From positions 96,001-160,000 of the forward strand of contig JAXSNR010000002.1 of assembly GCA_037925075.1 (NCBI GenBank): DNA of 64,000 bases, written 5' to 3'. Shown one piece after another: positions 17,873-28,479 of the stretch (positions are counted from its first letter, which is position 1; the number at the start of each line of letters is the position of its first letter). The translations under genes were made by a program, and so were the position numbers. The DNA comes from Aquificaceae bacterium (GTDB lineage: Bacteria > Aquificota > Aquificia > Aquificales > Aquificaceae). The notes under the pieces were generated by a model. It worked only from the letters and a program-made list of their open reading frames with translations. It did no database searches and had not been told where the DNA came from.

Positions 17873-19515
17873 AGGAAAAACTCTATAGCTTCCTTAGGCT
17901 TGCCCTCAAAGACCACCCTGCCATCTCTGAATACAAAAACCCTATCGCATCTGAGGATGTTGGAAAATCTGTGTGCCACAAGCACTATGGTCTTGTCCTT
18001 ATACCTTCCAAAGAGGTTGTTTAACACCTCCTCCTCCTTTCTTGCGTCTAGGGCTGAGGTGACCTCGTCAAGAAGGAGAACCTCCGGAGACCTTAGGAAT
18101 AGCCTTGCAAGGGCAAGCCTTTGCTTTTCTCCACCCGACAGGCTTTTGGGATTTACCTGCTGGTCAAGGTCCTTTACAAAATCGCACCCCGCAAGCCTTA
18201 GAGCTTCCCAAAGGCGGTCTTCCCTTTCTTCTCCTGCCATAAGGAGGTTGTCCTTGACTGTGCCGGGAAATATAAAGCTGTCTTGGGACAGGAAAAGAAA
18301 AAGCTCCCTCAGGTCTTCCCTTTTTATGTATCTTAGCTCAAGCCCATCTACTTTTACGCTCCCTTCGTATGGAACAAGGCCCGCCACAGTGCGTAAGAAG
18401 GTGCTTTTGCCAGAACCCGTATCTCCCATTATGCCTATCTTCTCACCCTTGTAAAGGGAAAGGCTTACATCCTTAAGGAGCTCAGCCTCTCCAAGTCTTA
18501 CCTTGAGCCCTTCCACCTGTATGCCAGTCTTTAGGCTTTTGAGGGAAAGGCTTCCTGCCTCTTCCTCTTTGAGGTTTAGGACTTCTCTTATCCTCTGAAG
18601 CACTGGCAAGGAGGACCTTACCTCCATCAAGCCCTTCTGAGCCTCCATGAGGGGGTTTTGCAAAAAGACCAGAGCGGTAAGGTAGGATATGAAGTCTCCG
18701 GGGGTTAGCCCACCTTCCACTATTCTGTATCCGCCGTAGAGTATGACCAGTGCCACCACAGAGTAGCCAAAGGTGAAGTTAAAAACAGAGTTCATGGCAA
18801 AGTACAATTCGGACTTAAAACTGGACCTAAAGAGGGCCCTGTTGAGCTGATGAAAAAGCCCTTCAAACATGGACTGAGCCCTAAAGCTCCTTATACTGTC
18901 AAAGCCCAGAAAAGAACTAAAGAGCCTGTCTGTGATGTTGGCGTAGCCCTCCTGAGTCCTTCTTATGTGTTTGCCCCTTTTGGTGCCAAAATACCTTACC
19001 GCAAGGGCAAGCACAGGAAGAAGTACCCCAAGGCTCAAGGTGAGAAGCCAGTCCCTGTAGAGAAGAACTCCAAAAAGAAAAATCACCGTTATGGGCTCTC
19101 TTATGAGTTTTATGGCGTAGGCACCTATCAGGTTTCTGTATAGGTTCATGTCAGAGATGACCCTTGAGGCAAACTCTCCCGCGGAAAGCCCCATAAAGGT
19201 AGAGTAATCTGCCCTAAGAAGTCTCTTAAAGGCTTCCTCCCTCAGCCTTTTCATCTCAAGCTCCGTATAGAGGGAAGAAAACAGTCTAACTACGAAATTT
19301 CCAAGCTGTGAGAGAAGAACAAAACCTATCAAGGTTAAGACAATTTTTAATATTTCTCCTTCTTCCCTAAGAAAAAAAACCTTGTCCACAAGGGACTTTA
19401 TGAGAAGGCTTACCCCTGCAGTTCCACCGGCTTCAATAACGGAACCAACAAGGCTCAGAAGTATAAAGTGCCAATATATCCGAAGTCGTCCAACAGCCCA
19501 CTTGATATTGCTCAT
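17860..19515 (-). CDS. MsbA-like ABC exporter (fused permease/ATPase)
   Basis: 6 TM; GDTGSGKST, LSGGEKQR, LLLDEVTSALD. Confidence 0.88.
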   Translation of the reverse strand: MSNIKWAVGRLRIYWHFILLSLVGSVIEAGGTAGVSLLIKSLVDKVFFLREEGEILKIVLTLIGFVLLSQLGNFVVRLFSSLYTELEMKRLREEAFKRLLRADYSTFMGLSAGEFASRVISDMNLYRNLIGAYAIKLIREPITVIFLFGVLLYRDWLLTLSLGVLLPVLALAVRYFGTKRGKHIRRTQEGYANITDRLFSSFLGFDSIRSFRAQSMFEGLFHQLNRALFRSSFKSELYFAMNSVFNFTFGYSVVALVILYGGYRIVEGGLTPGDFISYLTALVFLQNPLMEAQKGLMEVRSSLPVLQRIREVLNLKEEEAGSLSLKSLKTGIQVEGLKVRLGEAELLKDVSLSLYKGEKIGIMGDTGSGKSTFLRTVAGLVPYEGSVKVDGLELRYIKREDLRELFLFLSQDSFIFPGTVKDNLLMAGEEREDRLWEALRLAGCDFVKDLDQQVNPKSLSGGEKQRLALARLFLRSPEVLLLDEVTSALDARKEEEVLNNLFGRYKDKTIVLVAHRFSNILRCDRVFVFRDGRVVFEGKPKEAIEFFLQSP

Positions 19516-19541
19516 ACAAAAGACTATTTTATTAGATAGCC

Positions 19542-19772
19542 ATGTTGAGGTGGATTGTAGGTATCATACTTGCATTCTTGCTAATAGACCACCTATGGGT
19601 TCACTACGGCGGACCAGTTATAGAAGAATTGAGGGGTAAGCACAGGGAGGAACTGAAAAAGGGTACTATTGAAAAGGAAGAGGTCCAGTTACAACAATCT
19701 TACAGGAAAAGCATTCTTGATGAGGCGTGGGATAGGATAAAAAAAGTGTTAAAGAAGGAGGAAGATAGATAA
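19542..19772 (+). CDS. Small membrane-anchored hypothetical protein
   Basis: N-terminal TM, charged helical tail. Confidence 0.6.
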   Translation: MLRWIVGIILAFLLIDHLWVHYGGPVIEELRGKHREELKKGTIEKEEVQLQQSYRKSILDEAWDRIKKVLKKEEDR

Positions 19773-19792
19773 ACTTCTCAAGGAGGTTTTGG

Positions 19793-21001
19793 ATGGATTT
19801 CAAGTTCAACACCATAGAAGAAGCCCTTGAGGACATAGCTCAGGGGAAGATGGTTATAGTGGTTGATGATCCAGACAGAGAAAACGAAGGCGACTTGGTT
19901 ATGGCTGCGGAAAAAGTAACACCAGAAGCTATAAATTTCATGGCCAAGTACGGTAGGGGTCTTATATGCCTCACATTAACTCCTCAAAGGTGTGAGGAGC
20001 TTGACCTATATCCTATGGCGGTAAGAAATACGGACCCAAAGGGTACCTACTTCTGCGTATCCATGGATGCACATCCCAAGTTTGGCACAACTACGGGCAT
20101 ATCCGCCTTTGACAGGGCAATGACCATAAGACTTGCCATAAGCCCGGATGCAAAGCCATCGGACTTTATAAGGCCTGGGCATGTGTTTCCCCTTAAGGCA
20201 AAGCCTGGGGGTGTTTTGGAAAGGGCAGGGCATACAGAAGCAAGTGTAGACCTTGCAAGACTTGCGGGGCTTTATCCTGCGGGTGTTATCTGCGAGATAA
20301 TGAAGGACGACGGCACCATGGCAAGACTGCCAGACCTTGTGGAGTTTGCCAAAAGGTTTGACCTCAAGATAATAACCATAGCGGACCTCATAAGATACAG
20401 GCTAAAGAGGGAAAGGCTCGTGGTGAGGGAGGCTACCGCAAACCTTCCTACAAGGTACGGCTTTTTCAAAATACACGCATACAAGCACATACTCACCGGT
20501 GAGGAACAGGTAGCCCTTACCATGGGTGAGTGGAAAGAGGACGAGCCCGTTTTAGTGAGGGTCCACTCTGAATGTCTTACTGGGGATGTTTTTAAATCTC
20601 TCAGGTGCGACTGCAGGGGACAGCTTGAGACAGCTATGGAGATGATTGCTCAAGAGGGCAAGGGCGTTTTGGTCTATATAATGGGTCATGAGGGTAGAGG
20701 CATAGGTATAGTGAACAAGATAAAGGCATACCATCTTCAGGATATGGGTTATGACACGGTGGAAGCCAACGAGAAGGTGGGATATCCCGCAGACCTCAGA
20801 GACTATGGCATCGGAGTCCAGATACTCCTCGACCTTGGAGTCAGGAAGATGAGGCTTCTGACCAACAATCCAAGAAAGATAGTCGCCCTTGAGGGTTATG
20901 GACTTGAGGTGGTAGAAAGAGTACCCCTTAAGCTACCAGCATGCGAGCACAACCAGAGATATTTAGAAACAAAGAAGGAAAAGCTGGGGCATCTACTCTA
21001 A
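19793..21001 (+). CDS. ribBA: Bifunctional DHBP synthase / GTP cyclohydrolase II
   Basis: [39 protein letters not shown]. Confidence 0.97.
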   Translation: MDFKFNTIEEALEDIAQGKMVIVVDDPDRENEGDLVMAAEKVTPEAINFMAKYGRGLICLTLTPQRCEELDLYPMAVRNTDPKGTYFCVSMDAHPKFGTTTGISAFDRAMTIRLAISPDAKPSDFIRPGHVFPLKAKPGGVLERAGHTEASVDLARLAGLYPAGVICEIMKDDGTMARLPDLVEFAKRFDLKIITIADLIRYRLKRERLVVREATANLPTRYGFFKIHAYKHILTGEEQVALTMGEWKEDEPVLVRVHSECLTGDVFKSLRCDCRGQLETAMEMIAQEGKGVLVYIMGHEGRGIGIVNKIKAYHLQDMGYDTVEANEKVGYPADLRDYGIGVQILLDLGVRKMRLLTNNPRKIVALEGYGLEVVERVPLKLPACEHNQRYLETKKEKLGHLL

Positions 21002-21979
21002 GGGAAGGAACACGGTAAAGGTGCTTCCTACACCCTCCTCGCTTTGGACCTCTATCTTTCCGCCATGAGACAGGGTTATGTGCTTTACTATGGAAAGACC
21101 GAGCCCAGTTCCACCCAGATCCCTTGACCTTGAGGGGTCCACCCTGTAGAACCTTTCAAAGATAAAGGGAATATGCTCTTTTGGAATGCCTATGCCCGTG
21201 TCCTCTACCTCTATCTGAAGGTAGGAACTATACCTCTTTGCCCTTACCTCTACCTTACCCCCAATTTTGTTATACTTTATGGCATTATCCACGAGGTTTT
21301 TAAAGAGAAGAAAGAGCTTGTCCCAATCTCCTTTTACCTTAAAGCCCTCTTCCACAGAGTTTATAAGGCTTATTTTTCTCTCTCTTGCTTGGGGTTCAAG
21401 AAGTTCAAAAACTTCCTCTACCAAAAGCCTTAGGTCCACTTCCTCCCTTTTTATTCTTTCTTCACCCGATTCCAATTTGGTGAGTATAAGGAGGTCTTCC
21501 ACAAGCCTTCTCATATCTTCAACGCGTCTCAGAGCCTTTTCTAAAAGAAGCCTTTTCTCTTCCCTGTCTTCTTCTTCGTACATGGTCTCCAAAAGGCTTT
21601 TGAGCACCGCTATGGGAGTTTTTAGCTCATGGGATACATTGGCAACAAACTCCCTCTTTGACCTTTCGTACCTTTTGAGCTCGGTTATATCAGAGAAACG
21701 AACCACTGTAAGCTCGCTTCCTGAAAAGACGTACAAAGTGTACTCCCTATCCTCGTGGTCAAAATTGCAGACTCTACCCTTCCTTTCTGGAAGGGCTTCC
21801 GCAAGACAGCTAACCACTGTCAGATTGTTAATGCATTCATAGTAGGGCTTCCCTTCAAAGTTTTCTCTAAGGATTCTTCTCTTCAAAAGGAAGTCATTGC
21901 CAAAAACCACCCTTCCCTCTTTGTCTATAAGCAGATATCCTTCACCTACTTGACTGAGAAACTCTTTAAGAAGGCTCAT
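20993..21979 (-). CDS. PhoR-like cytoplasmic sensor histidine kinase
   Basis: [42 protein letters not shown]. Confidence 0.88.
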   Translation of the reverse strand: MSLLKEFLSQVGEGYLLIDKEGRVVFGNDFLLKRRILRENFEGKPYYECINNLTVVSCLAEALPERKGRVCNFDHEDREYTLYVFSGSELTVVRFSDITELKRYERSKREFVANVSHELKTPIAVLKSLLETMYEEEDREEKRLLLEKALRRVEDMRRLVEDLLILTKLESGEERIKREEVDLRLLVEEVFELLEPQARERKISLINSVEEGFKVKGDWDKLFLLFKNLVDNAIKYNKIGGKVEVRAKRYSSYLQIEVEDTGIGIPKEHIPFIFERFYRVDPSRSRDLGGTGLGLSIVKHITLSHGGKIEVQSEEGVGSTFTVFLPLE

Positions 21980-23048
21980 GAGAATATAAGGTATTTACTA
22001 TTTTCTCAAGCTTTTCTTCAATTTCTTGCTCCGTGCTTGCAAGTACGTTTATATGTCCCATCTTTCTCCTTGGCTTTTTTTCTTTTCCATACCAATAAAG
22101 TTTCGTTCCTTCCATGGAAAGAAGGCTATAAAGGTCCATATTCTCAAGAGAAAGCCCTAGTATATTCACCATACCCGTAGGTGTTTTTAGTTTTGTGGAG
22201 CCCAAGGGAAGACCGCATATGGCTCTAAGCAGGTTTTCAAACTGGGAGGTGTAGCATCCATCAAGGCTGTAGTGCCCCGTGTTGTGAGGCCTTGGTGCAA
22301 ACTCGTTTATAAAGACCCTTCCATCCCATGTGTAGAAAAACTCCACAGCCATTAGACCCACAAGGTTAAAGTCCTCCATAAGAGACAAGACTATCTCCTC
22401 CGCCTCCCTTATGGAGAAGTTCCTCGTTTGGTTGTAAATCAGAATCCCTCCCTCATGGTGGTTTATGGTCAGAGGATAAAGCTTACTGTTGCCCCTTTTG
22501 TCCCTAACCCCTATAAGGGAAAATTCAAAGCTGAAATCCACAAGCTTTTCCACCAGAAACTTTTCCCCTTCAGAATGATTTTTAAGTATCTTATCCACAT
22601 CCTCCAGATAGTAAACCCTATACTGACCCTTTCCGTCGTAGCCCAAACCTTCGGACTTTACCACGCAAGGAAGCCCAAAATCTTTTACCTTTTTTCGTAA
22701 GTCTATCCAGCTTGCAGTGCTAAAGTCCGCAGTGGGATAGCCCCTAACTCTGTAGAATTCCTTCTCTCTTATTCTGCTCCTTTTGATTTCAAGCACGTTC
22801 AGGGATGGTGTGGTAAGGTCATAAACCTTGTCCAAAACCTCTTGGTTTATATGTTCAAACTCGTAGGTTATAACATCACAAACCCTTATAAACTCTTCAA
22901 CCCTATCTGGTGGGAACCACCAGTCCGCTATCTTGCTTGCGGAAGCCTTTGGGTTTGGGTCAAGGACAAAAAATTCAAAGCCCAGTTTTCTACCTTCGAG
23001 TATGGTCATCCATCCAAGCTGTCCGCCACCAAGAAGGCCAACACGCAT
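21966..23048 (-). CDS. purK: N5-CAIR synthase
   Basis: GGGQLG, TYEFE, GYDGKGQ, NEFAPRPHNTGH, RKMGH. Confidence 0.96.
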   Translation of the reverse strand: MRVGLLGGGQLGWMTILEGRKLGFEFFVLDPNPKASASKIADWWFPPDRVEEFIRVCDVITYEFEHINQEVLDKVYDLTTPSLNVLEIKRSRIREKEFYRVRGYPTADFSTASWIDLRKKVKDFGLPCVVKSEGLGYDGKGQYRVYYLEDVDKILKNHSEGEKFLVEKLVDFSFEFSLIGVRDKRGNSKLYPLTINHHEGGILIYNQTRNFSIREAEEIVLSLMEDFNLVGLMAVEFFYTWDGRVFINEFAPRPHNTGHYSLDGCYTSQFENLLRAICGLPLGSTKLKTPTGMVNILGLSLENMDLYSLLSMEGTKLYWYGKEKKPRRKMGHINVLASTEQEIEEKLEKIVNTLYSHEPS

Positions 23049-23057
23049 AAGAAAATT

Positions 23058-23285
23058 TTACTTCTTCAGAAGGCTAAAAAGGAGAGTAAGCAAGACAGAC
23101 AAAAGCACGCTCAGAACTATAGAGGTGGCAAGGGGAAAGTAAAAGGTAAAGCCATCCCTTTTTATGACAATATCTCCGGGAAGCCTTCCAAGACCTAGAG
23201 GGAGTTTTTCAAAGAAGGTAAGCAAAAGCCCCAGCACCAAAAGGACCAAGCCCATAAGCAGAAGGACCTTACCCAACTCACTCAT
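23058..23285 (-). CDS. DUF2905 membrane protein
   Basis: LGRLPGDI...FYFPLATSI. Confidence 0.85.
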   Translation of the reverse strand: MSELGKVLLLMGLVLLVLGLLLTFFEKLPLGLGRLPGDIVIKRDGFTFYFPLATSIVLSVLLSVLLTLLFSLLKK

Positions 23286-23295
23286 ACTGCCAAAC

Positions 23296-24447
23296 TTAGC
23301 TATATGCACTATTTCCTCTGCTATAGACCCCTTCTTCTTCAAGGGTTGGATCTGGTTTCTTACCCGTTAGGATTTCTATAAGTTCCTTTACGCTTATTAT
23401 TCCTTGTTTTTTTAGTAGATGGCCGTTGGCGCCGCTTATGAATATACCCTCTTCGTAGTTTCCAAGCCATGCGGACCCAAGCCTATCAGCTATGCAAAAG
23501 CCTACCTTTTTGGCTTCTTCTCCCTTGTTGCAAGGTGTTATACAGTGAGAAACACAACTGTTCCAACCGTTGTATCCTGCAATAAGCCTCTCTATAAAGG
23601 GCGTCCTTACAACCCTAAGAGGATAACCAACTGGAGACTTAAAGAGTATTATGTCTTCTTCTTCTGCGTTAAGGACTATCTCCTTGTATATGGGCGGCGC
23701 ATCACATTCGTGAGTAGCTATAAAGCGCGTTGCTATTTGCACACCGCTTGCACCCCTTTCCATGTAATAGAGTATATCCCTGTAGCTCCATACACCCCCC
23801 GCCACAATAACCGGTATGCCACCCCACTTTTGGGCTTCTTCAAGCACAGAAGGAAAGAGGTTTTCCAGTTGGTATTCTGGCATAAAGCACTCCTCGTATT
23901 TAAACCCCTGATGCCCGCCGGATTTAGGACCTTCAAGCACCACTGCATCAGGTAGCCTCTTGTATTTTTTCTCCCATGTTCTACATATAAGATTAAGGGC
24001 TCTTGCGGAAGAGACTATGGGAACCAGTGCCACATCAGCATCACCCACATACTCAGGAAGCCTAAGAGGAAGACCAGCACCGGATATTATCAGGTCTGCA
24101 CCTGCCTCCACCGCATCCACCGCAACCCTTCCGTAGTCAGTTATGGCACAAAGAATATTCACTCCAATGGCACCTCTGCCTTCGGAGAGCCTTTTTGCTT
24201 CTTGAATAATCTTGGTCAAAGCCTCCTTACTGTGTGTATATATGGAGCCTATGGGTCTTCCAAACTTATCTCTTTTCACAAACTCTGGATATCTATAGCC
24301 GGTGCCTACTGCAGACACAACACCCACCGCACCCTCTCTTGCGACAGCACCCGCAAGCTTTTCCCAAGATATACCAACGCCCATTCCCCCTTGAATTATG
24401 GGAATTGGAACCGTTTTATTTCTAAGTTTTAAGGGCTTAAGGGACAT
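23296..24447 (-). CDS. Nitronate monooxygenase/FabK-like flavoprotein, FabX-like with Fe-S motif
   Basis: PIIQGGMGVG, EGPKSGGHQG, C-terminal CVSHCITPC...FCIAD. Confidence 0.85.
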   Translation of the reverse strand: MSLKPLKLRNKTVPIPIIQGGMGVGISWEKLAGAVAREGAVGVVSAVGTGYRYPEFVKRDKFGRPIGSIYTHSKEALTKIIQEAKRLSEGRGAIGVNILCAITDYGRVAVDAVEAGADLIISGAGLPLRLPEYVGDADVALVPIVSSARALNLICRTWEKKYKRLPDAVVLEGPKSGGHQGFKYEECFMPEYQLENLFPSVLEEAQKWGGIPVIVAGGVWSYRDILYYMERGASGVQIATRFIATHECDAPPIYKEIVLNAEEEDIILFKSPVGYPLRVVRTPFIERLIAGYNGWNSCVSHCITPCNKGEEAKKVGFCIADRLGSAWLGNYEEGIFISGANGHLLKKQGIISVKELIEILTGKKPDPTLEEEGVYSRGNSAYS

Positions 24448-24496
24448 AATAAACCTCCTTTTTATAAATATAGCCTTGGCATACTAGAGGACAAGC

Positions 24497-25471
24497 TTAA
24501 GTGATTTCTTCTTCATACTTAGACAACTCTGTCTTGTGTGCAAATATCCTGAGTATGGTTTCTAGAGGAAGCGATCTACACACAAGCCTTAGATCTACCT
24601 TATGGTTTTTCATCAATTTTTTCAATGACTCAATCTGGCTTGCTGTGGCACTTGGACATAGGCTCATAAGGATAGAAGCATCCTTTGTACTTAAGAGCTC
24701 ATTATTAATTGCATAATTTATGAGATCTTCTGAACCAGAAAAACCGACATCTTTTGCCATCTCAAAAGCATATTCAGTGCTGATGTACTTCCTTACCTTT
24801 TCGTATAACATACCCGCAAGCAGAGCGTCCCTTATGTTGTAGTCCGCAATTTTTTTGTATTGTTTATTCAAAAAGGCTCCTTTTACCTTTGAACCATCCA
24901 TATCGTCCTTATCCATGTTAAGCCCAAACCTTCTTGAAATAAATTTTAAAGTATAACTATTACCACCTACTCTCAAAGACCCCATGAGGTCTATATGGTT
25001 TACTATTTTGGAATTTATATGTTTATGAAAGACTTTGGGCATCATGTCATGCATTATGGTTCTTATCTTCAAAAAATCCATATCAAAGCTTTTTCCATTA
25101 TATGTAATAAGAGTATCCACTTCCTCAAGCCTTTCCCAGAGATGTTCAAGAAGCTCTCTCTCCGCATTAAAAAGTCCATCTTTCAAAGAGAAAGAGATGT
25201 ACACCGAATCCACCTCCCTTTCTCCTATCTTTGTTTTGGACTCTTCTTTTCCCTTCTTTTCATCCATATAAAAGACGTAGCACCTATTCTCCTCCAAGAA
25301 AAATAAGGAACAGGAAATTATATAGGAGACGTAAGGGTTTAATGCAAGATCCTTATGGAAATCCTCGTCAAGGTCGTAATCTTTTCTACCCTTAAGGTAT
25401 GAGATATCTTCTTCTGTAAGCTCATCCAAGGGACAAAAGGTTTCTATGTCAAAGCTGGCAATTTTACCCAT
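24497..25471 (-). CDS. Stand-alone DEDDy 3'-5' exonuclease (RNase H-like, PolB exo-related)
   Basis: FDIET, TYNGKSFD, HIDL, YNIRD. Confidence 0.82.
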   Translation of the reverse strand: MGKIASFDIETFCPLDELTEEDISYLKGRKDYDLDEDFHKDLALNPYVSYIISCSLFFLEENRCYVFYMDEKKGKEESKTKIGEREVDSVYISFSLKDGLFNAERELLEHLWERLEEVDTLITYNGKSFDMDFLKIRTIMHDMMPKVFHKHINSKIVNHIDLMGSLRVGGNSYTLKFISRRFGLNMDKDDMDGSKVKGAFLNKQYKKIADYNIRDALLAGMLYEKVRKYISTEYAFEMAKDVGFSGSEDLINYAINNELLSTKDASILMSLCPSATASQIESLKKLMKNHKVDLRLVCRSLPLETILRIFAHKTELSKYEEEIT

Positions 25472-25668
25472 TCTACCCCTCCTAAATCTATTATAAACAA
25501 AATCTTATAAACCAAAATATGAACTTTTAAACCGATTGGCACATTGTTTGAACAGGTGGCGGAACTCAATAAAGTATACATAATATAACATCAGGTGAAA
25601 AATTAGAACTTGATATGCCCTTTTCTCACCTTGTCTCTGGTTTCTCCTTATATTATTCTATATCTGCC

Positions 25669-27318
25669 ATGAGCAATGCAAAAACTCTCTTCGGAGGCTA
25701 CACCTTTCTTGTGGTTTCCCTTGTGCTTTTTAGTGCCACCCTTATCGTGGGGCTTTTCCATATAGAAGAAAGGGGAATTCTTTACTTTGCCCTGCTTGGT
25801 GGCACTTCTGCCCTGTTTATTCTTGCTCTTTTTTCTTACGCCCTAAGCGTTTACAGTTTTCTCAGAGAGGAGTATGCAAGGAAAAAAAGTCTGTGGTCCT
25901 TTCTCTTTGACTTTCTTGCGGACCTAAGGCTTGCCATCTTCATAATGATCCTGCTTGCCATCCTTTCCATGCTTGGTTCTACCTATGTTCAGCAAAACCA
26001 GCCCATAGAGTTCTACCTTGATAGGTTTGGTGCGGATTTAGGTTATTGGCTCTGGAGGCTTTGGATAACCGATGTTTTCCGTTCTTGGTATTACATAGGG
26101 CTTATAGCGCTTCTTGGGATAAACCTCATAGCCTGTTCCTTTAAGAGGCTTCCAAGGGTATGGGTACAAACCTTTACAAGGGAAAGGTTCCAAAGGTTGG
26201 ATGAAAACATGGAAAGACACCTAAAAGCTATATCCGTAGAGGTAAACCCTTCAAAGGAAAAGGTCGCACGATTTCTTGCAAGTATGGGCTTTAGGGTCTT
26301 TGTGGAGGAAGAGGGAGGCAGGACTTACTTTTATGCGGAGAAGGGAAGGTATGCTCGCCTTGGGGTTTACATAGTTCATATAGGGCTTTTGGTAATAATG
26401 GCAGGTGCCCTCATAGATGCCCTATGGGGCATAAGAGGTTCTGTTATAATTCCTGAGGGTTCAAAGAGCGACACCCTTATAATCCCTGCCAAAGAAAGGA
26501 GCGTAAAGCTACCCTTTCAGATAGAGCTGAAGGATTTCAGGATCGTAAGCTATGAGGAGGAGTTCCAAAGAAAGGGAAAAAAGGCAGAAACACCCTTTAA
26601 AGATGCCATAGCAAGCTTTGAGAGCGACATAAGAATAATTCAAGAGGGAAAGCCCGTCGCAGAGGGTATGACCGCGGTAAACTCACCCTTTGACTTTGGG
26701 GTCTACAGGATATTTCAGGCAACATACGGGCTAACGGGTGAGGCTGGTAGGGTAAAGCTGGCCATCTTTGACAAGAAGCTTGCCCCCCAAGACCCAAAAA
26801 AGGCTTTAGTAGGAGAGGTGGAGCTAAGGGCAGGAAGAGTCTCTGAGTTCAAAAACATGCTCCTGTCCATAGATAGGTCAACTCTAAACATTGAAGATGA
26901 ACAAAAGGGCTTTCAGGGAGAGCTTAAACCAGCACTCGTGATAAAGGTTTTGATGGATGGAAAAGCCTACGATGTGCCTGTGGTCTATTCACCTGAGCTT
27001 ACCATCTTTGCCCAATCCCAAATGCCACAGCTTATGGATTTTCCCTATGCCTTTTTCCTTGTGGACTTTGAGCCTCAGTTCTTTAGCGGTCTTCAGGTCT
27101 CGCGCCAACCGGGCACACCCATAATATGGCTTGGATCTCTCATGGTAGTGGGTGGGATGATCCTTGCCTTTTACACAGTTCACAGAAAGGTATGGGCAAG
27201 GCTTGAGAACAATACCCTAAAGATAGCTTTCTGGTCTCATAAGTTCAAAGAGGAGTTTAGAAGGGGCTTTCTTAGGTCTCTGGAAAGGTTAAAGCAAGAA
27301 GGAAAAAAGTTCTCATAA
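25669..27318 (+). CDS. resB: Cytochrome c biogenesis protein ResB/CcsB
   Basis: SMLGSTYVQQ, DVFRSWYY, NLIACS, YIVHIG, VNSPF, SGLQVSRQPG. Confidence 0.9.
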   Translation: MSNAKTLFGGYTFLVVSLVLFSATLIVGLFHIEERGILYFALLGGTSALFILALFSYALSVYSFLREEYARKKSLWSFLFDFLADLRLAIFIMILLAILSMLGSTYVQQNQPIEFYLDRFGADLGYWLWRLWITDVFRSWYYIGLIALLGINLIACSFKRLPRVWVQTFTRERFQRLDENMERHLKAISVEVNPSKEKVARFLASMGFRVFVEEEGGRTYFYAEKGRYARLGVYIVHIGLLVIMAGALIDALWGIRGSVIIPEGSKSDTLIIPAKERSVKLPFQIELKDFRIVSYEEEFQRKGKKAETPFKDAIASFESDIRIIQEGKPVAEGMTAVNSPFDFGVYRIFQATYGLTGEAGRVKLAIFDKKLAPQDPKKALVGEVELRAGRVSEFKNMLLSIDRSTLNIEDEQKGFQGELKPALVIKVLMDGKAYDVPVVYSPELTIFAQSQMPQLMDFPYAFFLVDFEPQFFSGLQVSRQPGTPIIWLGSLMVVGGMILAFYTVHRKVWARLENNTLKIAFWSHKFKEEFRRGFLRSLERLKQEGKKFS

Positions 27319-27387
27319 CTGATGCGACCGGCAGAAATTAAACACAAAAAGCCCTTACAGATTGGGAAGATAGAGCCACATGTCCAA

Positions 27388-27451
27388 TTGACTTTATAAA
27401 TCGTAGTCAAAGATTTAGGTAAGTTGTCAATTACATACAAGGATCTATATT
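27388..27451 (+). promoter_or_regulatory. Inverted repeat TTGACT-N11-AGTCAA followed by a sigma70-like promoter TTGTCA-N16-TATATT for nirDL
   Basis: IR at 27388-27410; -35 at 27424-27429; -10 at 27446-27451. Confidence 0.4.
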
Positions 27452-27462
27452 TATACTCTGTC

Positions 27463-28479
27463 ATGGAAGAACACAATAACCTACTCAAAGAGGTTCAGCA
27501 GGAGATACCCATTGCTCAAAGACCCTTTTTGCTTGTAGGGGAAAAGGTTGGGATTGAAGAGGAAGAAGTGATAGAAACGCTAAAAACCTTAAAGCAAGAG
27601 AAAATCATCAGGCAGATATCACCAATATACGATACAAAAATGCTCGGATATGACTCTTCTCTTGTAGCCTTTAGAGTTGAACCTGAAAAGATGGAGGAGG
27701 TTGCAAGGTTTATAAACTCTCACCCGGGAGTTAGCCACAACTACGAGAGGGAGGATGAGTTTAACCTGTGGTTTACGATTGCGGTTCCTCCCGATGCTCC
27801 CTTGAACCTTGAGGATACTGTAAGCCTTATGGCGGAAAGGATTGGTGTTAGGGACTTTGTAATACTCAGGACCATCAGAATGTTTAAGATTGGGGTAAGG
27901 CTTACCCACGAAAGCATAGAAGAGAGGGAGGAGGTGGAAGAAAGAGAGCTCCTTTACAAACCTCTTGAAGACAGGGAGATAAGGACGGTAAAGATAACCC
28001 AAGAGGATATGCCACTGGTTAAAAGGCCCTTTCTTGAGTGGGCAAGGGAGCTTAACATGGAAGAGGAGGAGCTTATTGACCTGATGCGTTCCCTTAGGGA
28101 AAGGGGTGTTCTCCGAAGGATAGGTGCCATACTTTTCCACAGAAGGGCGGGTTTTAGTGCCAATGGAATGGCTGTGTGGAAGGTAGAAAAGGAAAGGGTT
28201 GAAGAGGTTGGGAGGTTTATAGCAGGCTTTAAGGGGGTTTCCCATTGCTACGAAAGGACCACAAACCGCGTATGGCACTATAACCTCTTTTCCATGATAC
28301 ATGGAAGAGAAAGGGATGAGGTGGAGGCTCTTGTAAGGAAAATAGCTGAGGAGTTATGCATAAAAGATTACAAACTGCTTTTCTCCAACAGGGAGTTCAA
28401 GAAAAGAAGGGTTAGATACTTTACCGAGGATTTCTACCTTTGGTACAGGGATTTTACAGGGGCAGTCTCTTCTTCTTGA
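27463..28479 (+). CDS. nirDL: Fused siroheme decarboxylase (NirDL/AhbAB type)
   Basis: Two AsnC-like halves: RPF...HPGVSHNYER...NLWFT and RPF...HRRAGF...VSHCYER...YNLFSMIH. Confidence 0.9.
   Translation: MEEHNNLLKEVQQEIPIAQRPFLLVGEKVGIEEEEVIETLKTLKQEKIIRQISPIYDTKMLGYDSSLVAFRVEPEKMEEVARFINSHPGVSHNYEREDEFNLWFTIAVPPDAPLNLEDTVSLMAERIGVRDFVILRTIRMFKIGVRLTHESIEEREEVEERELLYKPLEDREIRTVKITQEDMPLVKRPFLEWARELNMEEEELIDLMRSLRERGVLRRIGAILFHRRAGFSANGMAVWKVEKERVEEVGRFIAGFKGVSHCYERTTNRVWHYNLFSMIHGRERDEVEALVRKIAEELCIKDYKLLFSNREFKKRRVRYFTEDFYLWYRDFTGAVSSS

Noticed and set aside
25536..25552. Sigma54-like TTGGCAC-N5-TTGA upstream of resB
   Set aside because: The -12 element is GA rather than the conserved GC, and a sigma70-like -10 lies next to the resB start.
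27322..27399. 25-codon ORF MRPAEIKHKKPLQIGKIEPHVQLTL after resB
   Set aside because: No SD or recognisable motif; too short to support.
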